Part shown: positions 12,418-23,706 of the stretch, piece by piece | Layout of the letters: each line of letters begins with the position of its first letter | Numbering within the stretch: position 1 is the stretch's first letter | Origin: an uncultured delta proteobacterium | Lineage (GTDB): Bacteria; Myxococcota_A; UBA9160; SZUA-336 | Direction: 5' to 3' | Assembly: GCA_963704165.1 (NCBI GenBank) | Contig: CAVPHD010000001.1 | Location: forward strand, 608,001 to 672,000 | DNA length: 64,000 nt | Notes under the pieces: generated by a model | Databases searched by the model: none | Told to the model about the DNA's origin: nothing | The model's input: only the letters and a program-made list of their open reading frames with translations | Translations under genes and position numbers: made by a program

Positions 12418-14289
12418 CAGAACGCCTGCCCGATCGACAGCCAGACGCGCACGCTCGTGGTGCCCTTCGGGGGATTCAGCGGGAACCCGAGGTCCAATCG
12501 AATCGGGCCGAGCGGCGTGGAATAGCGCAGACCCGGTCCGGCCGCGTACAAGAGCTCATCCGGCCGCCAGTCCCACGGATCGATCGAGATCTGGCCGGCG
12601 TCCGCGAAGAGCACTGCGCCGATCGAGCTCGCGATCGGGAAGCGTGCTTCGACCGAGGCGAGCATCAGGCTCGCACCACCGAGGGGGTTGTCTTCGTCGT
12701 CGGTGGGCCCGAGGCGCTGGTATCCGTACCCGCGCATCGTTCCACTGCCACCGGCGAAGAACAGCTTGGTGACGGGGAGATCCTCGACGCGGCTGTTGCC
12801 GATCGGATAGATCGTGCCGAGGAAGACGCGGCCGCCGAGCACCACACCTGCGACCGGATGAAAGGCCCGCGCGTCGGCGGTCCACTTCACGTAGGTGACG
12901 TCCGAGCGGAGGATGCTCGCCGCCGGTTCGAGCGAGAGCTCGAGCCACGTGCCGCGGGTCGGATCGAGGAGATCGTCGGTCGTGACGCGCCGGACGCGGA
13001 GGTCGAGGTAGCTGAGCAGGAACCGGCTCTCGGGATCGTCGAGCTCCTCTTCGGCGGCGCCCGGTACTTCGTTGACCTTCGTCCACTCCACGTTGTAGGC
13101 CGCCCGCCCGCTCCAGCCACGTCGCAGCTTTCGTTCGAGCGCGATGCTCGGGCGAAGCTCGACCGCGTCGAAGGCCGGTGTCGTCTGGTTGCGGAGCCGA
13201 ACACCGAGCTCGAGCGCGGTCGTGCGGTCGAGAACACGGGGCTCACGCAGGACGGCGTCGAACTCGGACGAGAGCGCGGAGTAGCGTCCCTTGATCTCGA
13301 AGCGGTCGGCGCGACCGAAGGCGTTGCGATGGATCCAGCCCGCCTGTACGCGGACCCTGTCTTCGGTTCCGTAGCCGACTCCGAATCGAACGCTGCGCGG
13401 TTGACGCTCCTCGACGCGCACCTCGATCGCGCGATTCGGCAGCGGCTCGGGATCTCGCGCGGCGATCTCCTCCGCGGTCTCGATCGCCGGTGCGACCACG
13501 ACCGAACGAAAGAGCCCGAGCTCGGATATGCGTTCTCGCATTTCGAGCAGGCGCGACTGCGAGTAGAGTCCGCCCTCGCGAATCGAGATCTCCTGACGGA
13601 CGAGATCCTCGTCCACGCGCTCGAGTCCCTCGATCCGAACCGAGCCGAAGCGCACGCGTTCGCCGGGGAGCAGCTTCCAGCGCACGGACGCCCGGTGCGT
13701 CTCGAGGTCCACGTCGCCCCCGCCCGAGATCACCGCGTCCGGGTAGCCGGAGTTGGCGAGCCGCTCGAGCAGGAGTCGCTTCGCCTCGGCGTAGTTCGCG
13801 AGCGCGAAGACATCCCCGTCGCGTAGCGGAAGCCCTTCGAGCAGTTTCGGGCCGAGTCGCCCCTTGCCGCATCGGGACCTCGGACCGGTCGATCTGCCAG
13901 CTCGCGAGCACGACCGGTTCGCCTTCCTCCACCGCGATCCTCGCGATCGCCGCGTCGCGCTCGGCGCTCCAGTCCAGCGTGAAGCTCGCGCGTGCCTCGT
14001 AATAGCCGCGCTCGCGGTGGATCTCGACGACCCGTCGCATGTCGCCCGCGAGCGCCTCCTCGTCGAGAGCGGGTCGTTGCTGCCAGAAGCGCCAGGCGGG
14101 TCGAGCCCGCGTCTGAAGAATCGGCTCGAGCTCCGCGCTCGAGAGCGCGCCGAGCCCGCTCCACTCCATCCCGGCCAGCACCGGTGCCGATTCCTCCGCG
14201 CTCGAAAGCGGGGCCACGAAGGCGATCGTCAGCGCTACGAGAAGCGCGCGTCTCCAGCGCGACGCAAGATGCGGACCCAGAACCATCAC
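12417..14289 (-). CDS. tamA: TamA/BamA (Omp85) family protein, frameshift near 13860-13875
   Basis: Signal peptide and POTRA (ERGYYEA) in one frame; barrel with FAGGSGTMRGYG, GLRYSTPLGPIRLDLG, SIGQAF in another. Confidence 0.85.
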
Positions 14290-14418
14290 GCCGGGACTTT
14301 GCAGAACTCGTTCGGAAAACGGTCGAGGCCGCGCGTCACGCGTTTCACCCGCTGTCCGGTTCTGAGATGTCGGTCGGGTGTCCCCACACCATCTGAGACG
14401 TGTGGCGAAGCGGGGCGT

Positions 14419-14445
14419 TCAGTCCAGCTCTGATATCGCCGAACC
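14419..14445 (+). promoter_or_regulatory. Putative sigma-28 (FliA-type) promoter of the MCP gene
   Basis: TCAG-N15-GCCGAACC ending 6 nt before ATG 14452. Confidence 0.5.
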
Positions 14446-14451
14446 GACGGC

Positions 14452-16700
14452 ATGATCCTCGGAAGACTGTCCGTCGGACGCATGATCCTCTTGATCGGCC
14501 TCTCGTTCCTGCTTCCGATCGCGCTTTCCACGACTCTGCTGATGCGGGAGCACTCGTGGGACGTCCAGCAAGCGGAGCTCGAGCGCTCCGGATTGGCTCA
14601 CCAGAGCGCACTCGTCGACATCCTCGTCGGCCTCGCCGAATACGCGCACGGAATGCGGGCCGGCGAGTCGGTCGCGAAGGCGACGTCCGACATCTCCGCG
14701 GGTTACACCGCGCTCGCCGAGCTTCAAGCGAGTTCCGCGAAGAGGCTTTCGACGACCGCGGAGGCGCTCGCCGCGGCCGAAATCGAGCTCGCTCGCTCCG
14801 GAGGCGCTCGAGGAGCAGTGGCGAAGTCTCGACCGGGAGATCACCGGGCTCGCGGGATTCGAGCGCGAGACCCGGCTTCGCGAGCTGCTGCTCACCACGC
14901 GCGCGCTGATCGAGTACGTCGGCGATACGTCGATGCTGGTTCAGGATCCCGAGATCGCATCCCGCTACCTGACCGGGCTCACGACCTCGACGATTCCGGA
15001 CAGCATCCTTCACATCGACGCGGTTCTCGCGGTCGGCTCGCGGACCACGGCCGGAGAGCGCCTCGCGGAGAAGGATCGCGAAGAGGTGAGCAGCCTTCGG
15101 TCTGGTCGTCGCACAGAGCGATCTCGACCGAGTGAGCACGCAAGCGACCAAGGCCCTGCAGGCGAGCGCAATGCTCGAGGACGGGGGCGAGTCGCTGCAG
15201 CGCGATCTTTCGCCGATTCTCGATCGTCACGGTCACGCACTCATCGAGCTCAATCAGGTCTCGATGCAGCTCGCGTTCACGAGTGACGCAGGTGCGTATG
15301 CTCCCGAGTTCTCGGCGGCGGTGCTCGATCGCGCTCCGGGAAAGCCACGGGCTCTGGCGAGTGGCGGCTTCGGGACTCGACGATCTTCTGGCTCGCCGTG
15401 CGGTCTCCCGCGCGCGCGAGCGAAATCTCACGACTCATGATCGTCGTCGCTTCTCTGATCCTCACGGCGCTGCTCGCGACGCGGATCGCGCTCAACATCA
15501 CGCGCCCGCTCGCGCAGGCGGTGACGGTCGCTTCGTCGCTGGTCGGCGCGGAAACCGAGTCGAGTCGGCAACTCGGCAGCGCAGGCGGGAACCAGCGAGA
15601 TCCTGCGCGCGACTCACGCGCTCGGCCGGCTCGCCGGCTCGCTGCAGGATCTGGTCGGTCGCGTGAAGGGCACCGTCGACAATCTCGGTCGCTCGGTCGA
15701 GGCGCTCTCACCGGTCGCCGAGCAGATCGAGCAGAGTTCGACGCAGCTCGGCGAAAGCTTCCGCGAGATGGATCACGCCAGCGAGGCGGCGGCGCAGAGC
15801 CTCGCCGTGGCGGCTTCGGCCGCGACGCAGGCGAGTCGCGGCGTCGATGAGCTCGCCGCGGGCGCGAGCCGCGTGAGCGAGGACATGGAGGCCGCGCGCG
15901 GAAACGTCGAGTCGGTCAACGACGCGATCCGCTCCGTGTCCGCCGCGGTGGAAGAGCTCTCGATGTCGCTTTCGGACGTCGCTCGGAGCTCGAACCACTC
16001 CGCGGGCATCGCGAACGGCGCTGCGCGGAGTGCACGCGAGACGACGGCGGCCTTCGACAAGCTGCGCGGCGCGGCCGAGGAGATCGGCAACGTCGTGAGC
16101 GTGATCAGCGACATCGCCGATCAGACCAATCTTCTCGCGCTGAACGCCCGAATCGAGGCGGCGAGCGCCGGAGAGGCGGGCCGCGGCTTCACGGTCGTCG
16201 CGAACGAGGTCAAGGAGCTCGCGCGCCAGACCGCGCTCGCGACCCAGGAGATCGAGGAGCGCGTGCTCTCGATCCAGTCGAGCACGCGCGCGGCCGTGGA
16301 CGCGACCGAAGCGATCGTGCGAATGATCGACGAGATCCACGAGAACACGCGCTCGATCGTGATCTCGGTCGAGCAGCAGACCAGCACGAGCGCGGAGATC
16401 TCCTCGAACCTCTCGGAAGCGGTGAATCGGACCGACGCGATTTCGCGCGCGGTCGCGAGCGCCGCTCAAGCGAGCGCGCAGTCGGCGGCCGGCGCGGTCG
16501 AGCTCTCGAGTCTCGCGGCGCGAATGTCGTCGTCGGTCGCGGACGCGTCGCGAAACGCCGACTCGGTGCGCGCGGTCGGCGGTCAGGTCGACAGCGCCGC
16601 GCAGAAGAACCTCGAGGTCTCGAGAGTCGCGCTCGGCGCGGCCGAGCGCGTGGCGGCTGAGCTCGAATCCCTGCGCGCGTTGCTGCGCGAGTTCTCCTAG
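14452..16700 (+). CDS. Methyl-accepting chemotaxis protein (several frameshifts)
   Basis: N-terminal TM, second TM + ITRPL (HAMP start), [37 protein letters not shown] signalling tip, split across several ORF fragments. Confidence 0.85.
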
Positions 16701-17192
16701 GCGGTCCGCGACTCGAGCCGCTCGAGCGCGCGCTCGAGCTTGTCGTCCACCTGGCCCATGTGCGCCGCCAGTGTGTTCGTGGTGACTTCGAGCGCGCTGC
16801 TCATGCGCTGTTCGACGCCGTCGGTGCGCTCGACGAGCGACGCGGTCGCGGTCTCGATCTTCCTCCGAGCGACGCGAGGCTCGTCTCGAGGGTGGTTCGA
16901 AGGTCGGTGAATCGCGACAGCTCGGCCTGGTCGGCGAGCGCGCGCTGCTCCTCGACGATCTTGGCCAGGCGCCGCGACTCGAGCAGCATCGCGGTGCGAA
17001 GCGACGCCGCGTAGACGAAGAAGAGCGCCGCGATTCCGGCCGTCACCAGAAGCAGCGAGATCCCGAGCGGCACCTCGAACTCGGGAAGATCAGCGAGAGC
17101 GTCACCGGCGTGGCAAACGCGCTCCAATTCGCGGCGGCGAGCGCGAAGAGCACGAGCAGCACGGCGAGGACGGCGATTCGCAGGCTTCTCAT
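16697..17192 (-). CDS. LapA-like membrane protein (frameshifted)
   Basis: Reconstructed [69 protein letters not shown]. Confidence 0.6.
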
Positions 17193-17391
17193 GGCGGCTT
17201 CCGCCGGCCCGTCTTCTTCTCGCCCTTGCCCGCCACCAGACCCTTCACCTTGTCCACGGCCTTTCCGATTCCTGCTTGACCTTGCCCGCCGCCTGATCGA
17301 CCCGACCTTCGTCCTTCAGCTTCTTGCTGCCGACGAGTGCGCCCGCAGCTTCCTTCACCCGGCCCTTGAGTTCGTCCGACTTTCCGCCCAT
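17189..17391 (-). CDS. CsbD-family stress protein (frameshift near 17270)
   Basis: MGGKSDELKGRVKEAAGALVGSKKLKDEGRVDQAAGKVK; shifted frame continues GKAVDKVKG to a stop overlapping the next ATG. Confidence 0.8.
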
Positions 17392-17537
17392 TTTGCGCCC
17401 CTTTCCGCGTGGATCAAGCACGAGTTCTTCGGCGCTGGATACCGGGTGCCGCGGGCTCGAAGGCCCTGCCAACAGTATTGACAACGGGCACGACGCCGTC
17501 GTCGGATCCGACGTCGGAGGGGAGGTTGAAGGTGGGA

Positions 17538-18577
17538 ATGCGGAGCTGGGTTCCGGCGGCAGCGTTGTCGCTTTCGATGGGTTTCGCTGGGAGCGCGGAC
17601 GCGCTCCTGTTGACTGTCGATCAGAGCTTCCCGCTGGCCGGGTCCCCGGTGACGCCGAGGACATCTCGGTCATCTACGAAGGTCCGAACGCGGGCATCTA
17701 CATCCCGCACGACACCCAGGGCCTCGTCACGGTTCTCGACGTGAACACTGGCGCGTTCCTCTACGACTTCAGCTTCACGTTCGGCACGTTCCCGCACACG
17801 GAGTTCCGCGCGATGGACGTGCTGCCGAACGGCAACCTGATCATCGGCCAGCACGACGTGAACCAGGTCCGCGAGTTCGTGATCCCCGGGAATCCCGGCG
17901 ACGGCAGCGTGCCGGTCGCCACACCCGGCCTGATCAATTTCGCGCTCCCGAATCACCCCGATCTCAACCAGCCCTTCGACGAGTTCGAGTCGATCGCCGC
18001 CTTCGCGCGTCCGTCGGACGGCCAGGTGTTCCTGCTGATCGGCGAGGAGGGTCGAACCCCGACGGGTCAGTCCGTGGAAGCACCGGGAGAGGTCTACATC
18101 GCGCAGGTCGCCGGCTCCGGGATCACGGGCTTCACGAAGCTCTTCAACGTCCCGCTCGCCGACAACTTCGACGACCTCTCCGGTCTCGACGTGATCCACA
18201 TCGCGTTCGACGGTGCGGGCAACGTCGATCTCGCCGGATCGACGGTGATCATGACCGACGACAGCTCCGGCACCCGGTCCGGCGCGTTCGTGCTGAACCT
18301 GATGGGACAGATTCTCGAGTCCCTCGATGGTCCGGGGACCGGGACGACCGAGAGCTTCGAGACCCTGTTCGGCGAGCCGTGGCGCGATGCCGAGGGCGTC
18401 GATTACGACGAGGATTCCGGGGCCATCACGGTCTTCTTCAGCGACGGAGCGAGCGGCACGCCCGCGATCGTCCGCTTCGACTCGGTGATCGAAGCGCCTC
18501 CCGGCTCCCGAGCCGGCGGTGCTCGGCATGCTCGGGCTCGGTCTGGCCGCGCTCGCGCTTCGCCGCGTTCGAGGTAG
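17538..18577 (+). CDS. Secreted beta-rich PEP-CTERM protein (frameshifts near 17640 and 18500)
   Basis: Signal peptide MRSWVPAAALSLSMGFAGSADA; acidic beta-propeller-like body; shifted frame from 18504 gives APEPAVLGMLGLGLAALALRR; 3' end approximate. Confidence 0.7.
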
Positions 18578-18597
18578 ACGCGCAGAGCGGGCTTCGT

Positions 18598-18939
18598 CTA
18601 GAAGAGCGGTTCGAGCTTCGCGGCCGTGCCGACCGCGTGCAGTCGCAGTCCGGTCGCATCGGACTCGGGCGCGTGCGCGAACGGATCGAGGGTGACTTCG
18701 AGACCGACGACCGCGTTCGCACCGAGCAGCCGCGCCTTGTCGCGCAGCGACTCGAGCAGCTCTCGCTCGGCCTTGCTCCACGCTTCCGAGCGATCCTCGA
18801 CCTGGTCGTCCTGCAGGAAGAGCTCGGAGCTGATCGGTCCGAAGTAGGCGGCGGCTCGCGTGCCGCTCACCCACGGGGACGTGTACAGCTCGACGTCGTT
18901 CTCGGAGTCCAACGGTGCTCGGGACTGCGTCTCACCCAC
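18598..18939 (-). CDS. YbjQ-like heavy-metal-binding domain protein
   Basis: AERELLESLRDKARLLGANAVVGLEV..AVGTAAKL. Confidence 0.7.
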   Translation of the reverse strand: MGETQSRAPLDSENDVELYTSPWVSGTRAAAYFGPISSELFLQDDQVEDRSEAWSKAERELLESLRDKARLLGANAVVGLEVTLDPFAHAPESDATGLRLHAVGTAAKLEPLF

Positions 18940-19055
18940 GATCTCCGCTATCGGCGTGGTCTGCGGCGGACTGTACGTAGATCCGTGTCGCCGCAGCGCT
19001 CGTCGCGCGCAGGCCCTCTCGGGTATCTTCCGCGCGCTTGCGGGGGGAGTTGCTG

Positions 19056-19968
19056 GTGCGGACGAGTGGATGGCCTGCCTACGCGTTGCGTCTCGCCTGC
19101 ATGGCGCTGTCGTGCGCGTGTGTCGCGGGTGTGCCGGAGCCGAAGGCCAGGCCTCGCGCCGGGCGACGCCTCGGGTGTCGCGCCGATCGTCGCGCGCGCC
19201 GAGGCCGCGATCGCGAGCGGGGATCTCGACTCGGCCATCGTCTCCTACCGCGAGGCGTTCGAGCGCACGCCCTGGAACACGCGCATCGCGAGCTCTCTGG
19301 TCGCAGCGTACGTCTCGCGCGCGGAGCGGAGAGCGCACGAAGCCCGGTGGCGCCAAGGGACTCGCGCTCGCGGACGCCGATCTGCGCGAGGCGCTCGAGA
19401 TCTCGCCGCAGCATGCCCGAGGCCCGGCGCAGCCTCGCCACCGTGCTGCTCGAGCGCGCGGCTCTGGCTCGCAGACGACGCCGAGGCGGAGCGCTTCCGC
19501 AGCGAGGCGAACACGCTCGCTCCGGATCTGGCCGAGCAGGACCCGGCGCTGCGTCTGCCGGTCGAGCGTCGGCTCGACGTCGCCTACGACCTGCTCGAGC
19601 GCGGCCAGCTCGACGCCGGACTCGACCAGCTGGAAGCCCTGCTTCGCGAGTACCCGCAGAGCACGGCGGCCGCGCGGTTGCTCGCCCAGGCGCTGGTCCG
19701 CAAAGGGGGTGTGCAGATCCAGCGAGCCGACTACGCCGGTGCGCGGAAAAGCTACGCGCGCGCGGTCGAGCTCTATGCGCAGCTCCTCCCCTGCGACGGA
19801 ACCCGCTGCGATCCGAGCGAGCTCGAACTCGCGCACCGGAACCGGATCAGCGCGGCGCTCGACTCCGCGAGCTGGGACGAGGCCCGGGCGGCGCTCACCG
19901 AGGCCAAAGCCGTCGGTCTCGCCTTCCCCGACCTCGAGCGGAAGTGGCCCGAGCTCCGCTCGCCCTGA
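19056..19968 (+). CDS. TPR-repeat (lipo)protein, multiple frameshifts
   Basis: Cys-containing signal (ALSCAC), TPR-like helices SYREAFERTP, LREALEISP, ARKSYARAVEL across three frames; start approximate. Confidence 0.6.
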
Positions 19969-20023
19969 CCAACCGCCTCTCGCCCCCTGCTATTCTGACG
20001 GCCGGATCACGGGGAGGCTCATC

Positions 20024-21664
20024 ATGGCGGTACATGGAGGCAAGCTCGCAGCGCGTGCGCTGAAGCTCGCGGGCGTCGATTGCATCTTCACGCTCTCGGG
20101 TGGACACGTGATGCCGATCTACGACGGCGCGCTCGACGAGGGCATCAAGGTCATCGACGTGCGCCACGAGCAGGCCGCCGTGCACGCGGCCGACGCCTAC
20201 AGCCGGTTGAACCCGGGCAAGCTCGGCTGTGCGGTGCTGACGGCGGGTCCCGGTGTGACCGATGGCGTCACCGGCATCGCCAACGCCTGGCGCGCGAACA
20301 GCCCGATCCTCGTGATCGGTGGGCAGGGGCCGTTCTCGAACCTTCGCCGCGGCTCGCTCCAGGAAATGGACCACGTGTCGATGATTCGCCCGATCTCGAA
20401 GTGGGCGGACGCGTGCTACGACACCGCGCGAATCCCCGAGTACATCGAGCTCGCGGCGCGACACGCCATCTCGGGTGTGCCCGGGCCCGCCTTCCTCGAG
20501 ATCCCGATGGACGTCTTGATGGGTCCCGCCGACTTCGAGAAGGCCTGGTTCCCGAGCTTCCGCCGCGCGCCGCGACAGGCGCCGGATCGTGCCGACGTGC
20601 TGGCCGCACTCGAGATCCTGGCCGGGGCCAAGCGCCCGATCATGATGGGCGGCACGGGCGTGAAGTGGTCCCAGGGCGGAACCGCGATGCGCCGATTCGT
20701 CGAGGAGACGAAGCTCCCGACGTTCCTGAACGGAATGGGTCGCGGACAGCTGCGCTTCGACGATCCGCAGTTCATGAACCGCTCGCGCAAAGAGGCGATG
20801 AGCAAGTGCGACGTCTTCGTGCTCGCCGGCTCGCCGCTCGACTTCCGGTTGCGCTTCGGGAAGGCGATTCCCGCGAACGCGAAGATCGTGCAGCTCGACA
20901 TGGAGAACACGCTGATCGGGCAGAACCGATCGGCCGATGCGGCGATCGTCGGCAACCTCGGCGTCGCGTTCGAGCAGATGCTGCAGATCATGAAGGAGGA
21001 GTCGCTCCGGCTCGACTTCACCGCCTGGCGCGACGAGCTTCGCGCGCTCGAGGTGAAGATCGAAGCGGGATTCCAGAGCCAGCTCGCCTCCGACGAGGTT
21101 CCGATCGACCCGCTGCGCATGTGCCGCGAGATCCGCGACTTCATCGACGAGGACACGATCCTGATCGGTGACGGTGGCGACATCGTCGCGCAGGCCGCGA
21201 AGGTCGTTCCGGTCATGAAGGAGAACTGCTGGATGGATCCCGGTCCGCTCGGCACGCTCGGCGTCGGCATGCCCTTCGCGCTCGCGGCGCAGCTCTCGTT
21301 CCCGGACAAGAAGGTGCTGATCATCTACGGGGATGGGTCGTTCGGTCTGAACGGATTCGAGTTCGACACCGCGATCCGCTTCAACCTGCCGATCGTCGGC
21401 ATCGTCGGCAACGACGCGGCCTGGGGGCAGATGCTCCGCCCGCAGATCGGGATCTACGGCAAGGACCGCGCGGTCGCGACGTACCTGAACCCGACCCGAT
21501 ACGACAAGGTGGTCGAAGCCCTCGGCGGACACGGCGAGTTCTGCGAGCGGCCGGAGCAGATCCGGCCCGCGCTCGAGCGCGCGTTCGCGTCCGGAAAACC
21601 GGCCCTGATCAACGTGATGATCCGCCGCGACGAGACCGAGCCGAAGGGCAGCACCTACGTCTAG
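20024..21664 (+). CDS. Thiamine-diphosphate enzyme (acetolactate synthase / 2-hydroxyacyl-CoA lyase-like)
   Basis: FTLSGGH, DVRHEQAAVHAA, TAGPG, GDGSFG..N ThDP motif; GGGGAGG RBS. Confidence 0.9.
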   Translation: MAVHGGKLAARALKLAGVDCIFTLSGGHVMPIYDGALDEGIKVIDVRHEQAAVHAADAYSRLNPGKLGCAVLTAGPGVTDGVTGIANAWRANSPILVIGGQGPFSNLRRGSLQEMDHVSMIRPISKWADACYDTARIPEYIELAARHAISGVPGPAFLEIPMDVLMGPADFEKAWFPSFRRAPRQAPDRADVLAALEILAGAKRPIMMGGTGVKWSQGGTAMRRFVEETKLPTFLNGMGRGQLRFDDPQFMNRSRKEAMSKCDVFVLAGSPLDFRLRFGKAIPANAKIVQLDMENTLIGQNRSADAAIVGNLGVAFEQMLQIMKEESLRLDFTAWRDELRALEVKIEAGFQSQLASDEVPIDPLRMCREIRDFIDEDTILIGDGGDIVAQAAKVVPVMKENCWMDPGPLGTLGVGMPFALAAQLSFPDKKVLIIYGDGSFGLNGFEFDTAIRFNLPIVGIVGNDAAWGQMLRPQIGIYGKDRAVATYLNPTRYDKVVEALGGHGEFCERPEQIRPALERAFASGKPALINVMIRRDETEPKGSTYV

Positions 21665-21776
21665 CCGCACGGATCTTGCCGACCCCCTCTGGGGGCCTGC
21701 GACGCCGGATCTTCCCGCCGACGGGCACCCGATCGCGAACGCGGTCTGCCGCGGGCTCGCAGACGCGCGCGGCGTC

Positions 21777-22349
21777 GTGTTCGCGGGTGGGCGGATCGAG
21801 GCGCTCGTTCGGGTCGAGGGAACGGTGCTCTCGACGAGCCGTGCCGACGCGACCGAGTACGGTGTAGCCCAGGTGCGCCGAGCGCTGGCCGCGAACGATC
21901 TGCGCGTCCTGCACGTCGTCTTCGCGCCGGCTGCGCGCCGAGCGCTCCTGCTCGGCTGGGTCCGGCTCGAGAACTCCGGGACGGAGCCGCTCGCGCTCGA
22001 GTACACCGAGACCTGGGACATCCCCGCCGGGGGCTACGCGTCGGTACCGGGCGCCTGTGAGCGGCGTTTCGGCGGACACGTCTTTGCGCTCGCGGATTGC
22101 GCGATCGTCTCGCGCGCGGAGCCGCCGGCGCAGCCGCCGACGCGCGGGCTGGCGCTCGATCTGCGTCTCGCTCTCCCGCCGCGAGCGCGGCGCCACCTCG
22201 CGTTCGCCTATGTCGCCGTGCCCGAGGAGGAGGATCCGGGAGCACTCGTGCGAGCGTTTCGCGGCGAGGTTGGCGCAAGCCTCGAGGAGATCGGCCGCTC
22301 GGGTCTCGACCTGGCAGCCTATCGCGCGCTCGGCCGATACACTCCGTGA
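21777..22349 (+). CDS. Hypothetical protein (start may lie further upstream)
   Basis: Coding-like ORF between two same-strand genes; frame is open to ~21621 without a canonical start. Confidence 0.55.
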   Translation: MFAGGRIEALVRVEGTVLSTSRADATEYGVAQVRRALAANDLRVLHVVFAPAARRALLLGWVRLENSGTEPLALEYTETWDIPAGGYASVPGACERRFGGHVFALADCAIVSRAEPPAQPPTRGLALDLRLALPPRARRHLAFAYVAVPEEEDPGALVRAFRGEVGASLEEIGRSGLDLAAYRALGRYTP

Positions 22350-22351
22350 AG

Positions 22352-23053
22352 ATGTCGAAACCCCGCTCGATGCACCGGGTCGCGAAGCTCTCGATCGCCT
22401 TGCTCATCGCCGTAGCGCTCGCGCCGGACTACGCGCAGGCCGGGCACAGCACCGACATCGTCCGGGAAACCTTTCGAACGCTCGACAGCGGCGACGGCCG
22501 CGTCGCGAGCTTCTGGTGGCTTCCGCAGGAGTACTGGGAACAGGTCGCCAAAGAGCTCGGAGTTCCGGCCGAGGAGCAGGAGAAGGTGCGCGTCGTATTC
22601 CGCGACTACCTGCTCGTCGGCGCGCTCGAGACGAAGCTCGACGGCGAGAAGAAACCGGGGTTCGCCAGCATCGCCGAGATCGCGAAGCGCGCGAAGTTCT
22701 ACCGCAACTCCGAGCCCGTAGAGGTGCTGCGCGACGTGAATCCCGAGCTCGCGCGCCTCGCGCCGGGCCTGGTGTACCTGCTCCGCGCATCGCTCGCGGG
22801 GCTCGGCGAAGGGCTGCGCCTGCTTCCGCTTGCGAACGTCGATGCGAAAGGGAACCCGATCCTCGCCGGATCTGCGCCCGGTGAGCTGCGGCTCGAGTAC
22901 CGCTTCGATGACGCCAGCCCGCCCCGTGAGGTGATCTGGCGCGGGCCGTTCACGGCGGTCGTCGGAGCGGTGAAGTGTCCGAAGGGCGGAGAGGCGCTCG
23001 AGGCGAACTACGGTTGGTGTCCCTGGCACGGAGTGAAGCTCGACGGCAAGTGA
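22352..23053 (+). CDS. Secreted hypothetical protein with C-terminal CPxx..CPWHG zinc-ribbon-like tail
   Basis: Signal peptide KLSIALLIAVALAPDYAQA; WWLPQEYW; KCPKGGEALEANYGWCPWHG. Confidence 0.7.
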   Translation: MSKPRSMHRVAKLSIALLIAVALAPDYAQAGHSTDIVRETFRTLDSGDGRVASFWWLPQEYWEQVAKELGVPAEEQEKVRVVFRDYLLVGALETKLDGEKKPGFASIAEIAKRAKFYRNSEPVEVLRDVNPELARLAPGLVYLLRASLAGLGEGLRLLPLANVDAKGNPILAGSAPGELRLEYRFDDASPPREVIWRGPFTAVVGAVKCPKGGEALEANYGWCPWHGVKLDGK

Positions 23054-23079
23054 TCGGCGGCGAGCTTCCGGCCCGCGCT

Positions 23080-23706
23080 TCAGATCGGTGCGAAGACGAC
23101 GTCGATCTCGATCGGCACCGCGCCCGAGACGGCTTCGTGGCCGCAGACGGCCTTCAGGACCGCGAGCGCCTGCTCGAGTCCGAGGTCCTTCGCGGAGAGC
23201 ACGACGGGTCGGGTGTTGCGCACGCGGATCCGGTCGCGCGTCGTGCGCGTGATGCGCACCGGAACCGAGAGCGGGAACTTGGAACCGTGGATCGAGAGCT
23301 CCCCGCTGAGCGTCGTCTCGAGCTCCGAGCCGGGTGCGGTCAACGTCGCGACGCTCGGCGTCCCGGTCATCGCGAACCGCGCGGCCGGAAAGCCGACCGA
23401 GTCGAAGAAGTGCGCGCGCAGGTTCTCGTCGCGGCCGGCGTCACCGGTGTGGACGGTTCCGACACGCACCTCCACCCAGCCTTCGCTCTTCGCGACATCG
23501 AAGCCGCCCTCCATGCCCGTGAACGAGCCCGGCACGGCGACCGCGTTGTTCTTGATGCCGATGAACGAGATCACCGATTCCGACGGCACGAGCAGCCAGA
23601 GCCCCGTGACCGGCACCCTCGCGGAGCTGCCGAATACGCCGCTTCCCTGACAGGAAAGCAGTGCTGCGGTGGCGGCGACGACGAGTGCGGTGTGTGCGTA
23701 CTTCAC
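23080..23706 (-). CDS. YceI-family lipoprotein
   Basis: Lipobox LLSC; SVISF..K, TGDAGRDENLR..FFD..FP, GELSIHG. Confidence 0.85.
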   Translation of the reverse strand: MKYAHTALVVAATAALLSCQGSGVFGSSARVPVTGLWLLVPSESVISFIGIKNNAVAVPGSFTGMEGGFDVAKSEGWVEVRVGTVHTGDAGRDENLRAHFFDSVGFPAARFAMTGTPSVATLTAPGSELETTLSGELSIHGSKFPLSVPVRITRTTRDRIRVRNTRPVVLSAKDLGLEQALAVLKAVCGHEAVSGAVPIEIDVVFAPI

